A stretch of DNA of 64,000 nucleotides, from contig JBNKOC010000012.1 in the NCBI GenBank assembly GCA_050294405.1, positions 256,001 to 320,000 of the forward strand, given 5' to 3'. Below are positions 49,253-59,793 of this stretch, piece after piece. How positions within the stretch are numbered: the first letter of the stretch is position 1; the number at the start of each line of letters is the position of its first letter. Made by a program: the position numbers and the translations under genes. Source of the stretch: Fibrobacteria bacterium. GTDB taxonomy: Bacteria > Fibrobacterota > Fibrobacteria > UBA11236 > JADFYW01. A model generated the notes under the pieces. That model saw only the letters and a list, made by a program, of their open reading frames with translations, searched no databases and had not been told where the DNA came from.

Positions 49253-50626
49253 ATGCAAATAGACGCCGGATTTATTGAAAAGTACGACAAAGCGGGGCCC
49301 AGGTACACTTCCTACCCGCCTGCGCCTCATTTTAGTCCGGATTTTGACCCGCATACATGGGAGGAATTGGTTAAAGATTCCAATCGTCTCCAGGATCAAA
49401 TTTCTTTTTATTTTCATATTCCCTTTTGCCCGCATCGATGTTTGTATTGCGGTTGCACCGTGGATATTGCTGCGCCGAGCCCGGTAGTTAAAGAATATCA
49501 GGCGGCCATTTTAAGAGAAATGGACTTGGTGATGCCCTGGTTGGATAAAAGTCGAAAGGTTAGTCAAATACATTTTGGGGGAGGAACTCCCAATGCGGTT
49601 CCAGGAAAATACCTGGCTGCTATTCTTGATAAAATCAGAGAAAATCTGGAATTCATAGACAAGCCCGAAGTGGCTATCGAGTGCGATCCCAATTTGCTGA
49701 CTTTAAAAAGGCTGGACGAATACCGGGCCATGGGTTTTACCCGTGTGTCTTTTGGGTTGCAGGATTTTAAACAGGATGTTTTGGATAATGTGGAAAGGCG
49801 TTTTCCCAAAGTCCCTCCCATTGAACTTATTTCTCACGCCCGGAAAATCGGTTTTGAGGGCATTAATCTGGATTTGATTTATGGACTTCCAGGGCAATCT
49901 GTGGAATCCTATAAAGATACTTTGGCTAAAACCATAGAAGCCAATCCAGATAGAATAGCCATATTTTCTTATGCCCATGTGCCCTGGATAAAACCCCATC
50001 AAAAACCCCTTGAAGAAAAAGGCCTTCCCAAGGCTTCGGTAAAAAATGAAATTGCGGTGCTCTGCCACAATGTGTTATCTGATGCGGGCTATGTGGCCAT
50101 TGGAATGGATCATTATGCCAAACCCGAAGACAGCCTTTCTGTGGCTTTGAAGGAAAAAAAATTACATCGAAATTTTCAGGGCTACTGCACCCGCCATACC
50201 ACAGGCCAGGTTTACGGCTTTGGGGCTTCCAGTATTTCCCAATTACATCATGGCTACGGGCAAAATGTTAAAGATACCCAGCCTTATATTGACCTTGTTA
50301 AGGAAGGAAAGTTACCGCTGGAAAAGATATATGTGATGAGCGAAGAGAACATATACTTTAGAGAGGTGATTAATTCTTTAATGTGCCGCGGGGAGCTTAT
50401 TCCAAAAGAACTGGCCGATAAAACCGGAAAAAAAGAAGCGGAAGTTTTGGCAGGGTTAAAAGAGGGAATGGGCCAGATTCAGGATTACATAGATGATGGC
50501 CTAGTGGAAAAATCAGGAGAAGACTTAAAAGTAACCGAAAAAGGTTGGTTGGTGGTCCGTTGCATAGCCATGTTATTTGATCCTTTGTTAAAGGAAAATG
50601 TGGCTCAATACAGCCGGACAGTTTGA
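49253..50626 (+). CDS. hemN: Oxygen-independent coproporphyrinogen III oxidase
   Basis: GPRYTSYP, HIPFCPHRCLYCGC, FGGGTP, IGMDHYA, HRNFQGY. Confidence 0.97.
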   Translation: MQIDAGFIEKYDKAGPRYTSYPPAPHFSPDFDPHTWEELVKDSNRLQDQISFYFHIPFCPHRCLYCGCTVDIAAPSPVVKEYQAAILREMDLVMPWLDKSRKVSQIHFGGGTPNAVPGKYLAAILDKIRENLEFIDKPEVAIECDPNLLTLKRLDEYRAMGFTRVSFGLQDFKQDVLDNVERRFPKVPPIELISHARKIGFEGINLDLIYGLPGQSVESYKDTLAKTIEANPDRIAIFSYAHVPWIKPHQKPLEEKGLPKASVKNEIAVLCHNVLSDAGYVAIGMDHYAKPEDSLSVALKEKKLHRNFQGYCTRHTTGQVYGFGASSISQLHHGYGQNVKDTQPYIDLVKEGKLPLEKIYVMSEENIYFREVINSLMCRGELIPKELADKTGKKEAEVLAGLKEGMGQIQDYIDDGLVEKSGEDLKVTEKGWLVVRCIAMLFDPLLKENVAQYSRTV

Positions 50627-50628
50627 TA

Positions 50629-50644
50629 TGGCATTTTATTTGCA
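50629..50644 (+). promoter_or_regulatory. Sigma54 (-24/-12) promoter
   Basis: TGGCAT-TTTAT-TTGCA with exact spacing, about 30 bp upstream of an AAGGAGG-preceded ATG. Confidence 0.7.
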
Positions 50645-50676
50645 TTGATTTTTATTACCCGAGCAAAGGAGGCGGT

Positions 50677-50874
50677 ATGGAATGGGAATTTTCTGCAAAA
50701 GAAGAAGATGCTGAAGATTATATCGAGCACATGCATTTTGAGGATATAACTTTGCCTGAACGGGATAGCCCGGAGACTCGCTTTGATGAAGAGGAAAAAC
50801 TCAGTATCGAACAAACTGATGAGCCTGAATTAATTGAAGATGTTTCCCTGGTCGAGGAAGAGGAAGAGGAATAA
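50677..50874 (+). CDS. 65-aa highly acidic small protein
   Basis: AAGGAGG RBS; 29 of 65 residues are Asp/Glu. Confidence 0.72.
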   Translation: MEWEFSAKEEDAEDYIEHMHFEDITLPERDSPETRFDEEEKLSIEQTDEPELIEDVSLVEEEEEE

Positions 50875-50921
50875 GTAGTTCAACAATTGGAAATGAATTT
50901 AATTAATGGTACATTATAAGT

Positions 50922-51326
50922 ATGGCAAAAAAGCTTAAATTGCTGGTTTTTGTTACAATGGCTGCGGCTTTAATAGCCCCAGGTATTTTAGCAGCCGTGG
51001 AACCCTGTTTTTGCCATTCCTCAAGCCCTTTATTTTCGGGTTCTGAAAAACAAGTGCCTCCATGCCATGCTCAGAAAAACCGGGGGGCAAAGGGCGTTGT
51101 AAACACTCAGCATAAAAGTTGCGGCTGCCATATGGAAGCCCCGGATTACACCGGAGATATGGACATTCAGTTCCAGGACGCTTCACTTTCTTTAAAAACA
51201 ACCCTTTTACCTCTGGGAAAAAACTACTTCCCAGGGGAAAATTCAAATGTGAGCTTCGCAGCTCAAAGCTATTCCCTGGCCGAAAGCCCGCCCAAGTATC
51301 TGGCTACTCTTCGCCTCAGGCTCTAA
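50922..51326 (+). CDS. Exported Cys/His-rich protein preceding the metal-efflux operon (DUF2946-like leader?)
   Basis: Signal peptide; CFCH, PCH, CGCH; C-terminal SPPKYL. Confidence 0.6.
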   Translation: MAKKLKLLVFVTMAAALIAPGILAAVEPCFCHSSSPLFSGSEKQVPPCHAQKNRGAKGVVNTQHKSCGCHMEAPDYTGDMDIQFQDASLSLKTTLLPLGKNYFPGENSNVSFAAQSYSLAESPPKYLATLRLRL

Positions 51327-51454
51327 CATTTTCCTTTTATTTTTCTAAGGGAATTCATACTTCCCGGTAACTAACATGGTTGGGTTTAACTAAAACCCGC
51401 TGTCCATGTACCAATCCGCAGGTTTTCTTAATCCAGGAAATAAAGGTTGATATT

Positions 51455-52834
51455 ATGGAGTTTCAAAAAGGTATTCAAATAAAAAAATGGGGGCTACTGG
51501 CCCGGATGGTTTTCTATTCATGCCTGTTTTTAAGTGGAGGGCTGGCAGAAAATAACTCTGAAAAAGATAGCTGGAAAAAAATAGAGAAATTGGAAAAATC
51601 CTATGAGAATGGGGAAGCGTCCCTTGGAGTAGATTTAACTCAAAAAGAAAATTTCACTTTAAGTAACGTTCTAAAACAGGCTTACATACAAAGTCCAGCG
51701 CTAAAAGCCTCGTTTTATGAATGGAAAGCTGCCCTGAATAAATTGCCCATGTCAGGCTCCCTGGAAGACCCCCAATTTAGCTATGTGTATTTTTTGAAAT
51801 CTGTTGAAACCCGAGTGGGCCCTCAAAGGCAAAGGTTTACTTTAATGCAAGCTTTTCCCTGGTTTGGGGTTTTAAGTCTTAAAGAAGATATAGCCTTTGC
51901 CGAATCGGAATTGAAACGAGTTCAGTTTGAAAGAAAATGGCTGGCGCTCTCCCAAAACATAAAAAGGGTTTTTGCAGAATATTATTTGCTGGGAAAAAAA
52001 ATTGATATTCTAAAAGACAAATTCTCTCTATTAGAAAGCCTTCACAGTGCTGCCAGTGCCCAATACTCTGCCGGGGGCGCCATATACAAGAAAATATTAA
52101 TGCTGCAAGTTGAAATGGGAAAACTGGAAAATGATATTGAGTCATTAACATTGGCCAGAGGTCCTCTAAATGATGAATTGGCAAACTTGATGCACACTCC
52201 TTTGGAAGGGCTTTTTCCATTTCCAGATAGCTTGGACCAGGCTTTTGGGCAGCTTCCTGAAAAAGAAAAACTCTGGGAAAAAATCAAAAAAAATAACCCC
52301 AACCTTTCCGAATTATCCCATAAATTAAAAGGTTTTCAACTTGAGGAACGGTTGTTAAAGAAAAGCTACTACCCTAACTTCAAATTAGGAGTGGATTGGG
52401 TGCAAACAGATAAAAGTCCCATGGATGTTAATGATAACGGCAAGGACCCTCTTATGTTAATGGCCACGGTTAACATCCCCCTTCAGCTTTCTTCAAAAAG
52501 CCACGGGGTGAAAATGGCCCAAGCCAAGCAAAAGGCCGTTCACTATATGAATGTAAATATGGAATCAGAACTAAAAACCGCCCTTTCAAAAATTTTGTTT
52601 AAATACGAAGATACAGTCCGGAAAAGTGAACTATACAAACAATCTCTAATCCCCATTGCAGAGCAATCACTGTGGGTGCTTCAAACGGAGTTTAAAACTG
52701 GGGATGCCAGTTTTTTGGAAATGATTGAGGGAGAAAGAGAGCTTTTAAAATTTGAGTTTGAATACCAGGAATCTTTAAAAAATCTGGTACTGTATTGGGC
52801 CGAACTGGAATACCTAACCGGAGAAAGTTTATGA
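51455..52834 (+). CDS. TolC family outer-membrane factor (CusC-like)
   Basis: LEDPQF, QAFPWFG, NNPNL, YYPNF; first gene of the RND trio. Confidence 0.88.
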   Translation: MEFQKGIQIKKWGLLARMVFYSCLFLSGGLAENNSEKDSWKKIEKLEKSYENGEASLGVDLTQKENFTLSNVLKQAYIQSPALKASFYEWKAALNKLPMSGSLEDPQFSYVYFLKSVETRVGPQRQRFTLMQAFPWFGVLSLKEDIAFAESELKRVQFERKWLALSQNIKRVFAEYYLLGKKIDILKDKFSLLESLHSAASAQYSAGGAIYKKILMLQVEMGKLENDIESLTLARGPLNDELANLMHTPLEGLFPFPDSLDQAFGQLPEKEKLWEKIKKNNPNLSELSHKLKGFQLEERLLKKSYYPNFKLGVDWVQTDKSPMDVNDNGKDPLMLMATVNIPLQLSSKSHGVKMAQAKQKAVHYMNVNMESELKTALSKILFKYEDTVRKSELYKQSLIPIAEQSLWVLQTEFKTGDASFLEMIEGERELLKFEFEYQESLKNLVLYWAELEYLTGESL

Positions 52835-54753
52835 AAAAGTCACATATGCCCTTAGGGACAAAAATCCTATTGTTGTTACTGTTGGTATTGGCCGCCTTCT
52901 GGATTGGCAAAGGAGTTGGCGGAAAAAAGAATCCAAATAATTCCGCGGCTCAAGTCGAGCACGGCCACGGCAAAGAAGAAATATGGACTTGCTCCATGCA
53001 CCCGCAAATACGCATGCCTAAACCGGGCAAATGCCCTATTTGCGGAATGGATTTGATTGTGCAAACAGAAGAGGATGGCGATGGAGCGAGCCCCAACCAG
53101 CTATCCATGTCAGAAGCTGCGGCTGCCCTTGCTAACATCGAGACCCAGGAGGTAGAGCGAAAGTGGGTGCAAAAAGAAATACGCATGGTGGGAAAAATTG
53201 ATTACGATGAAAGCCGTCTTAAAGTTATAACCGCCCGGGTGGGAGGGCGTCTGGACAGGCTCTTTGTGGACTATACCGGCATCTCCATAAAAAAGGGAGA
53301 TCATTTAGTAAGCCTTTACAGTCCCGAACTCTATGCAGCCCAGGAGGAACTCATACAAGCTTTGAACCGCCTTCAGGCAATGCCTGAAGGGCAAAGCGGC
53401 GTCCTTCAACAAACCACAAAAGCAATGGTAACAGCTGCCAGGGAAAAGCTCAAGCAATGGGGGTTAACATCGGGCCAGATTTCTGAAATAGAATCCCGCA
53501 AAATCCCCGAAGATCATTTGACCATGTACTCTCCCATATCCGGCATTGTCATTGAAAAATCAGCTGTGGAAGGAAATTATGTTAAAACAGGAACTGCCAT
53601 ATATAAAATTGCGGATTTATCTTCGGTGTGGGTTTTGTTTGACGCTTATGAATCGGATATTTCCTGGCTGCGATTTGGCCAAAAGGTGGAGTTTACTGTG
53701 GAAGCTTATCCCGGGGAAAAATTCGAGGGGCGCATTGGTTTTATCGATCCCATTTTAAATCCCATGACCAGAACCATCAAACTCAGGGTCAATGTGGAAA
53801 ATCCAAATAATAAATTAAAACCGGATATGTATGTGAGGGGAAATGTGCTGGCAAGCCTGACTCCGGAAGGAGGGATCGTGGATGATTACCTGGCGGGAAA
53901 ATGGATAAGCCCTATGCATCCGGAAGTAATAAGTTCCAAACCGGGCAATTGTACCGTGTGCGGGATGAAGTTGGTAAAGGCTTCAAGTTTGGGCTTTGTA
54001 AGCGGAAATAGCGCTAAGGAAATCCCTTTGGTAATCCCGCAAACCGCAGCCTTAATCACAGGAAAAAGAGCCGTGGTATATGTTGCCTTGCCCGGGGATA
54101 AACCGCTTTTTGAAGGGCGGGAAGTGGTGTTGGGCCCCAAAGTTGGAGATTATTACATCGTGGTTTCCGGTCTTTCGGAGGGGGAAAAAGTGGTAAAACG
54201 CGGCGCATTTAAAATTGATAGCGAATTACAAATTAGAGCGAAAAAAAGTATGATGAACCCGGATAATGTATCTGACAAAAATGCCGGAATGGATAAAAAG
54301 GAAGGTGTTGAAAAAAACATAAACATTCCCGAAAAATCCGTCCAAACCCTTGTCCCGGCCTATTTGGGTTGGCAACATGCACTGTTTAAAGATCAATTAA
54401 AAGAAGCTATTGAAAGTAAGAAACAATTAATTGAAAAGGCGAAAGCTCTAATGAAGGAACTCCACGGCGCCAAATCTCCTGAGGCCTCCATTAAATGGAT
54501 ACATGATTTTTTGGATATATTAGGGGGGACTGGAGATAAAAACCTGGAAGCACAGCGCAGAGGTTTTTTTAAGGTATCTAATAGTCTCATTGAAATATCG
54601 GGTTCAAATAGTTGGAGGGATAAATACTTTCGCATACATTGCCCCATGGCTTTTGATGGAGAAGGGGCAGATTGGCTGCAGGAAGGTGAAAATGTGCGTA
54701 ATCCCTATTTTGGTAAAAAAATGCCCAGTTGCGGATCGGTTGTAAAGGAATAA
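52831..54753 (+). CDS. cusB: Heavy-metal RND periplasmic adaptor with metal-binding domains and DUF3347-like C-terminus
   Basis: WTCSMHP...CPICGMDL, second PMHP...CTVCGM, YSPEL, CPMAF...NPYFG. Confidence 0.9.
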   Translation: MKKSHMPLGTKILLLLLLVLAAFWIGKGVGGKKNPNNSAAQVEHGHGKEEIWTCSMHPQIRMPKPGKCPICGMDLIVQTEEDGDGASPNQLSMSEAAAALANIETQEVERKWVQKEIRMVGKIDYDESRLKVITARVGGRLDRLFVDYTGISIKKGDHLVSLYSPELYAAQEELIQALNRLQAMPEGQSGVLQQTTKAMVTAAREKLKQWGLTSGQISEIESRKIPEDHLTMYSPISGIVIEKSAVEGNYVKTGTAIYKIADLSSVWVLFDAYESDISWLRFGQKVEFTVEAYPGEKFEGRIGFIDPILNPMTRTIKLRVNVENPNNKLKPDMYVRGNVLASLTPEGGIVDDYLAGKWISPMHPEVISSKPGNCTVCGMKLVKASSLGFVSGNSAKEIPLVIPQTAALITGKRAVVYVALPGDKPLFEGREVVLGPKVGDYYIVVSGLSEGEKVVKRGAFKIDSELQIRAKKSMMNPDNVSDKNAGMDKKEGVEKNINIPEKSVQTLVPAYLGWQHALFKDQLKEAIESKKQLIEKAKALMKELHGAKSPEASIKWIHDFLDILGGTGDKNLEAQRRGFFKVSNSLIEISGSNSWRDKYFRIHCPMAFDGEGADWLQEGENVRNPYFGKKMPSCGSVVKE

Positions 54754-54763
54754 GAGGCCTAAT

Positions 54764-57700
54764 ATGGAACCCTTGGATTTAAAAGACGCATCCGCCATTA
54801 ACAGGTTAATTGGCTGGTGTATGCAGAACAAATTGGTTGTGACTCTGGTTTTTCTGGGTTTTTTAACAGCGGGAATTATTGTGGCTCCCTTCGATTGGGA
54901 AATTCCCGGATTAATTCGAAGTCCAGTAGCAGTGGACGCCATACCTGATATAGGTGAAAACCAGCAGATTATTTTTACTCCCTGGCCTGGAAGAAGTCCC
55001 CAGGATGTGGAAGACCAGGTGGGTTACCCCTTAACTGTGGCTTTGCTGGGAGTACCTGGCGTAAAAACAGTGCGAAGTTACTCTATGTTTGGTTTTTCCT
55101 CCATCTATGTTATCTTCAAAGAGAAGGTCGATTTTTACTGGTCCCGTTCCAGACTTTTGGAAAAGCTGAGCAGCCTTCCCATGGGAACCCTCCCCGACGG
55201 AGTAAAACCCATGTTAGGTCCGGATGCCACCGCATTAGGCCAAGTGTATTGGTATACCCTGGAGGGCAGGGACGAACAAGGAAATCCCACCGGCGGATGG
55301 GACTTACAGGAACTGCGCTCCATACAGGATTGGAAAGTACGTTACTCTTTGCTCTCTGCCGATGGAGTGGCGGAGGTGGCTTCCATTGGAGGCTTTGTGA
55401 AGGAATACCAAATAGATGTTAACCCGGAAGCCATGAGGGCCTATAACATCGGGTTAGAACAGATATACAATGCCGTTAAAATGTCTAACCTGGATGTCGG
55501 CGCCCGTACCATTGAAATTAACAACGTGGAGTATGTTATTCGTGGAATCGGCTTTATTAAATCCGTAGAAGATATTGAAAAAGTTGTGCTAAAGGTAGTC
55601 GAAGGCGTTCCGGTGCGGGTAAAAGACATTGCCCATGTAAATCTGGGCCCTGCTATGAGGCGAGGGGTATTGGATAAAGAAGGCAATGAAGCAGTGGGAG
55701 GAGTGGTTGTGACCCGCTATGGGGCCAACCCTCTTCAGACCATAAAAAATGTGAAGCAAAAAATACAGGAAATTGAAACATCCCTGCCTAAAAAAACGCT
55801 GGAGGATGGCCGAATATCCCATGTTAAAATTGTTCCCTTTTACGATAGAACAGGGTTAATCCACGAAACATTGGGTACCTTGAATACGGCCTTGACCGAT
55901 GAAATGATTTTCACCATCATCGTTATTTTGTTTATGGTAATGCATTTGAGAAGTTCCCTTTTGGTTTCTTCCCTAATGCCTGCCGCCGTGCTTGTGACAT
56001 TTATAGGGATGAAATTTTTTAAGATTGAAGCAAATATTGTGGCTTTATCCGGGATTGCTATTGCCATTGGAACTATTGTGGAAGTTGGAGTGGTATTGTG
56101 CGAAAACATGTTGCAACACATGGCCCGGGCAAAACCAGAAGATAGCCTTTTGAAAACATTGTATACGGCCACTGCAGAAGTAAGCGGAGCTGTGTTTACG
56201 GCGGTGGCAACCACTGTTGTGGGATTTCTTCCGGTATTTTTTATGGAAGGGCCGGAGGGCAGATTGTTCAAACCACTTGCCTATACAAAGACTATGGCGT
56301 TGATGGCTTCCATAGTTTTGACTTTAACCGTACTTCCCGCTTATGCCCATTGGCTTTTCGGATTAAAAATCCATCGAAAAAAGTTTATCTATTTATGGCT
56401 TATGTTGCTTGGACTGGCAGGCCTGGTAATCGCAATTGTGTACTCTTTTTGGATAGGGTTGTTACTCATATTCCTGGCATTACTCAGTGTTTTAAAACAC
56501 GGCAAATGGGATATTCCCTACATTAAATCTGCAAAAACCGGGAATTATGTTATTATTGCCGGAGTGGTGCTTTTGTTGGCGGAGCACTGGCTTCCTTTAG
56601 GGCCCGAAAAGGGGTATTTTAGAAATTTTTTATTTGTAGCAATTATGGTGGTGGGCATACTGGGCTCCCTGCATTTGTTGCAAGTGAAATATTTAGACTT
56701 GCTTAAAATATTTTTAAACCACAAAAAGAAATTTTTATTGGCTCCGGCTATTACTGTATTTCTTGGCCTTATGATATGGCTGGGGGCAGGCAAGGTTTTC
56801 TTTTGGCTGCCAAAATCTGTACATAACTACTCCTGGTTTCAGTCTGTGCAAAAGGAATTTCCAGGTATTGGAAAAGAGTTTATGCCGGATTTAGATGAGG
56901 GTTCCTTTTTGTTTATGCCTACAACTATGACTCACGCATCCTTGGGGGAGGCTTATGATATCCTCCAAACTCAAGACAAACTCATTCAGTCTGTTCCGGA
57001 AGTGGAAAGTGTGGTGGGAAAATTAGGCCGTGCTGAAACTCCACTTGACCCGGCCCCCATATCCATGTTTGAAACCATTGTTAATTACAAGTCCGAATAC
57101 AAATTAGATGAACATGGTAATCGGATAAGGTTTCAATATGACAAACTTAAAGGGGAATATAAAAGGGACTCAAATGGAGAATTGATCCCGGACAAAGATG
57201 GGAGGCCTTATAGACAATGGCGGCCTAATATCCATAGCATCCAGGACATATGGGATGAAATTGTAAAAGTATCCAAGCTCACAGGAGTTACATCGGCTCC
57301 AAAGCTTCAACCCATTAAGGCGAGGATCGTGATGTTGCAAAGCGGTATGCGGGCCCCTATGGGAGTCAAGGTTTTCGGTTCCAGCCTTGAAAATATTGAA
57401 AGAGTGGGAATAGAAATTGAAAAAATATTAAAAACAGTCCCTTCTATTGAGCCAAGCTCCGTGGTGGCAGATAGAATAGTGGGCAAACCCTATTTGCAAA
57501 TTGAAATAGACAGGGATGCTATTGCCCGTTATGGATTACATATTCAAACCGTTCAAAATGTGATTGAAGTGGCCATTGGCGGAAAGCCCTTAATGTCCAG
57601 TGTGGAAGGACGGGAGCGTTACCCGGTTAGAGTGCGTTACCAAAGGGAGCTTAGAAACTCTTTGGAGGAATTGCAAAAAATTGTAGTTCCCACTTCCTCA

Positions 57701-58540
57701 GGCACACAAATTCCCATTACCCAACTGGCTAAAATTGAATATGTAAAAGGGCCGCAGGTCATTAAAAGCGAAGACACCTTTCTTATCGGCTATGTTGTTT
57801 TCGATAAGAAGCCCCAGTATGCTGAGGTGGATGTGGTTCATAGCGCTCAAAAAGTATTACAGTCCCAGGTCGAGAAGGGCTTTTTAAATTTAAATGGAGC
57901 CCATTATAAATTTGCAGGAAACTATGAAAATCAAATCAGAAGCGAAAAACGCATGATGTTAGTTTTGCCTCTTGCGCTATTCCTTATTTTATTGCTCATA
58001 TATTTTGAGTTTAAGCGGATTCCCACTACCCTTTTGGTTTTTTCAGGTGTGTTTGTGGCCTGGTCCGGCGGGTTTATTATGATGTATTTGTATTCAAAAT
58101 CCTGGTTTCTGGACTTTGCGGTACTTGGAACTTCTATGAGGGATTTATTTCAGATACATACTCTTAATTTAAGCATAGCCGTTTGGGTGGGTTTTTTGGC
58201 TTTATTTGGCGTGGCTACAGACGATGGGGTAGTGATGACGACCTATTTGGACCAAAGTTTTAAAGATAAGAAGCCACGCAACATCGCTGAAATTCGGGAA
58301 TGGACTCTTAAAGCGGCTTCCAGAAGGATTCGACCCGCACTAATGACTGTTTCTACCATTTTGTTAGCCCTTATTCCCATTTTAACTTCCACAGGAAAGG
58401 GATCAGATGTTATGGTCCCTATGGCTATACCTTCTTTTGGAGGCATGTCGGTTGTCCTTATCACTGTGTTTGTGGTGCCTGTAATATACTGCGCCCTTGA
58501 GGAACGTAAATTTTTAAAAGGACAAAAAAGAAAATCATAG
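54764..58540 (+). CDS. cusA: CusA/CzcA family heavy-metal efflux RND permease
   Basis: DAIPDIGENQ, GPDATALG, GKEFMPDLDEG, RIRPALMT. Confidence 0.95.
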   Translation: MEPLDLKDASAINRLIGWCMQNKLVVTLVFLGFLTAGIIVAPFDWEIPGLIRSPVAVDAIPDIGENQQIIFTPWPGRSPQDVEDQVGYPLTVALLGVPGVKTVRSYSMFGFSSIYVIFKEKVDFYWSRSRLLEKLSSLPMGTLPDGVKPMLGPDATALGQVYWYTLEGRDEQGNPTGGWDLQELRSIQDWKVRYSLLSADGVAEVASIGGFVKEYQIDVNPEAMRAYNIGLEQIYNAVKMSNLDVGARTIEINNVEYVIRGIGFIKSVEDIEKVVLKVVEGVPVRVKDIAHVNLGPAMRRGVLDKEGNEAVGGVVVTRYGANPLQTIKNVKQKIQEIETSLPKKTLEDGRISHVKIVPFYDRTGLIHETLGTLNTALTDEMIFTIIVILFMVMHLRSSLLVSSLMPAAVLVTFIGMKFFKIEANIVALSGIAIAIGTIVEVGVVLCENMLQHMARAKPEDSLLKTLYTATAEVSGAVFTAVATTVVGFLPVFFMEGPEGRLFKPLAYTKTMALMASIVLTLTVLPAYAHWLFGLKIHRKKFIYLWLMLLGLAGLVIAIVYSFWIGLLLIFLALLSVLKHGKWDIPYIKSAKTGNYVIIAGVVLLLAEHWLPLGPEKGYFRNFLFVAIMVVGILGSLHLLQVKYLDLLKIFLNHKKKFLLAPAITVFLGLMIWLGAGKVFFWLPKSVHNYSWFQSVQKEFPGIGKEFMPDLDEGSFLFMPTTMTHASLGEAYDILQTQDKLIQSVPEVESVVGKLGRAETPLDPAPISMFETIVNYKSEYKLDEHGNRIRFQYDKLKGEYKRDSNGELIPDKDGRPYRQWRPNIHSIQDIWDEIVKVSKLTGVTSAPKLQPIKARIVMLQSGMRAPMGVKVFGSSLENIERVGIEIEKILKTVPSIEPSSVVADRIVGKPYLQIEIDRDAIARYGLHIQTVQNVIEVAIGGKPLMSSVEGRERYPVRVRYQRELRNSLEELQKIVVPTSSGTQIPITQLAKIEYVKGPQVIKSEDTFLIGYVVFDKKPQYAEVDVVHSAQKVLQSQVEKGFLNLNGAHYKFAGNYENQIRSEKRMMLVLPLALFLILLLIYFEFKRIPTTLLVFSGVFVAWSGGFIMMYLYSKSWFLDFAVLGTSMRDLFQIHTLNLSIAVWVGFLALFGVATDDGVVMTTYLDQSFKDKKPRNIAEIREWTLKAASRRIRPALMTVSTILLALIPILTSTGKGSDVMVPMAIPSFGGMSVVLITVFVVPVIYCALEERKFLKGQKRKS

Positions 58541-58579
58541 TTAGATGTTTATGAAAAACCACAACGAAAAGGAGAAAAA

Positions 58580-58948
58580 ATGAAATATTTAATTGTAAGC
58601 CTGTTTTGGATAGCCGCTTCCTTCGCCAGCGATGGCGGGCATGAGGGCCATAAGTCCGCAATGCAAACAGTTACCGGAGAAGTCATGGATTTAACCTGTT
58701 ATATGGCTCATCCGGAAAATGGCAAAGGAAAAGACCATGCCGGTTGCGCTAAAAAATGTATTCAAAAAGGTATGCCTGTAGGGATTTTAACCTCTGATGG
58801 AAAACTGTATGTGGCCGGCGACGCTAATCATAAAGCCCCTAACGATATGTTAGCTGAACATGCCGGTAAAACGGTTACGGCTATGGGAGAAGTAAAAGAA
58901 ATGAATGGCGTTAAAATGCTGTTAATAAAAAAATTGGTTTCTAAATAA
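58580..58948 (+). CDS. Small periplasmic Cys/His/Met-rich protein
   Basis: Signal peptide; DLTCYM...HAGCAKKCIQKGMPVG. Confidence 0.7.
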   Translation: MKYLIVSLFWIAASFASDGGHEGHKSAMQTVTGEVMDLTCYMAHPENGKGKDHAGCAKKCIQKGMPVGILTSDGKLYVAGDANHKAPNDMLAEHAGKTVTAMGEVKEMNGVKMLLIKKLVSK

Positions 58949-59697
58949 TGAAAAAAATTTGGTTTGCGATTCCCGGCGCAGCTTTTTTAGCGTTAATGTT
59001 AATGTCTGTGTTTTCCTGGGTTCGTGAACCATATCAAACATTTGCCATCCAAGGCAAGGAAATTGCTGCAAATTTGGGTTGTTTTGCCTGCCACGGAGAG
59101 GGCGGTACTAGCGGAATACCAAATGTTGGCGGTGGAGAAGGAGATGTCCCCCAATGGAGCGGGGGTACTTCAATGATGTATCTTAATTCCGATGCGGATA
59201 TCGAATCCTATATATTAAAAGGGCATGGAGCAAGCGAAAAGTCAGTATCGAAAGGGTTGATGCAAATGCCGGCTTATGAGGGGGTTGTTTCTGACAATGA
59301 ATTGATGAAATTGGTCGCCTATGTAAAAGCGGTATCTAATTTTTATCCGGAAATGCCAGCAGAGGCAAGAAAAGGATATGAAGTAGGCAAAAAACTGGGT
59401 TGCTTTGGCTGTCATGGCCCTTCGGGAATGGGTGGAATAAAGAATTATGGTTCCTTCAAGGCTGTTATTCCTGCCTTGTATGGAAAGGATTTTGAAGAAT
59501 TGTGTAAAAACGAAGAAGAGATAAAACGCTGGATATTGGAGGGAAAGATAGACAGGTTTCAAAATAATTCTGTAGCGATGTATTTTATCAATCGGCAAAA
59601 AATTAAAATGCCGGCATACAAGAATTATATCGCAGAAAATGAATTGTCGGAATTATTGAATTTTATTCGTTGGCTGAATTTAAAAGGCAAAATTTAG
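58948..59697 (+). CDS. Diheme class I cytochrome c
   Basis: CFACH and CFGCH, each followed by MPAY; N-terminal TM or signal peptide. Confidence 0.88.
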   Translation: MKKIWFAIPGAAFLALMLMSVFSWVREPYQTFAIQGKEIAANLGCFACHGEGGTSGIPNVGGGEGDVPQWSGGTSMMYLNSDADIESYILKGHGASEKSVSKGLMQMPAYEGVVSDNELMKLVAYVKAVSNFYPEMPAEARKGYEVGKKLGCFGCHGPSGMGGIKNYGSFKAVIPALYGKDFEELCKNEEEIKRWILEGKIDRFQNNSVAMYFINRQKIKMPAYKNYIAENELSELLNFIRWLNLKGKI

Positions 59698-59793
59698 GGA
59701 CTTCCACCCTCAAAAAGCCCAAAAAATATGGGATAAGAAGGGGTGTATGCTTCCAGAGGGGTTTTTAATTAGATTTGCCCTAGGAGGGAAATT

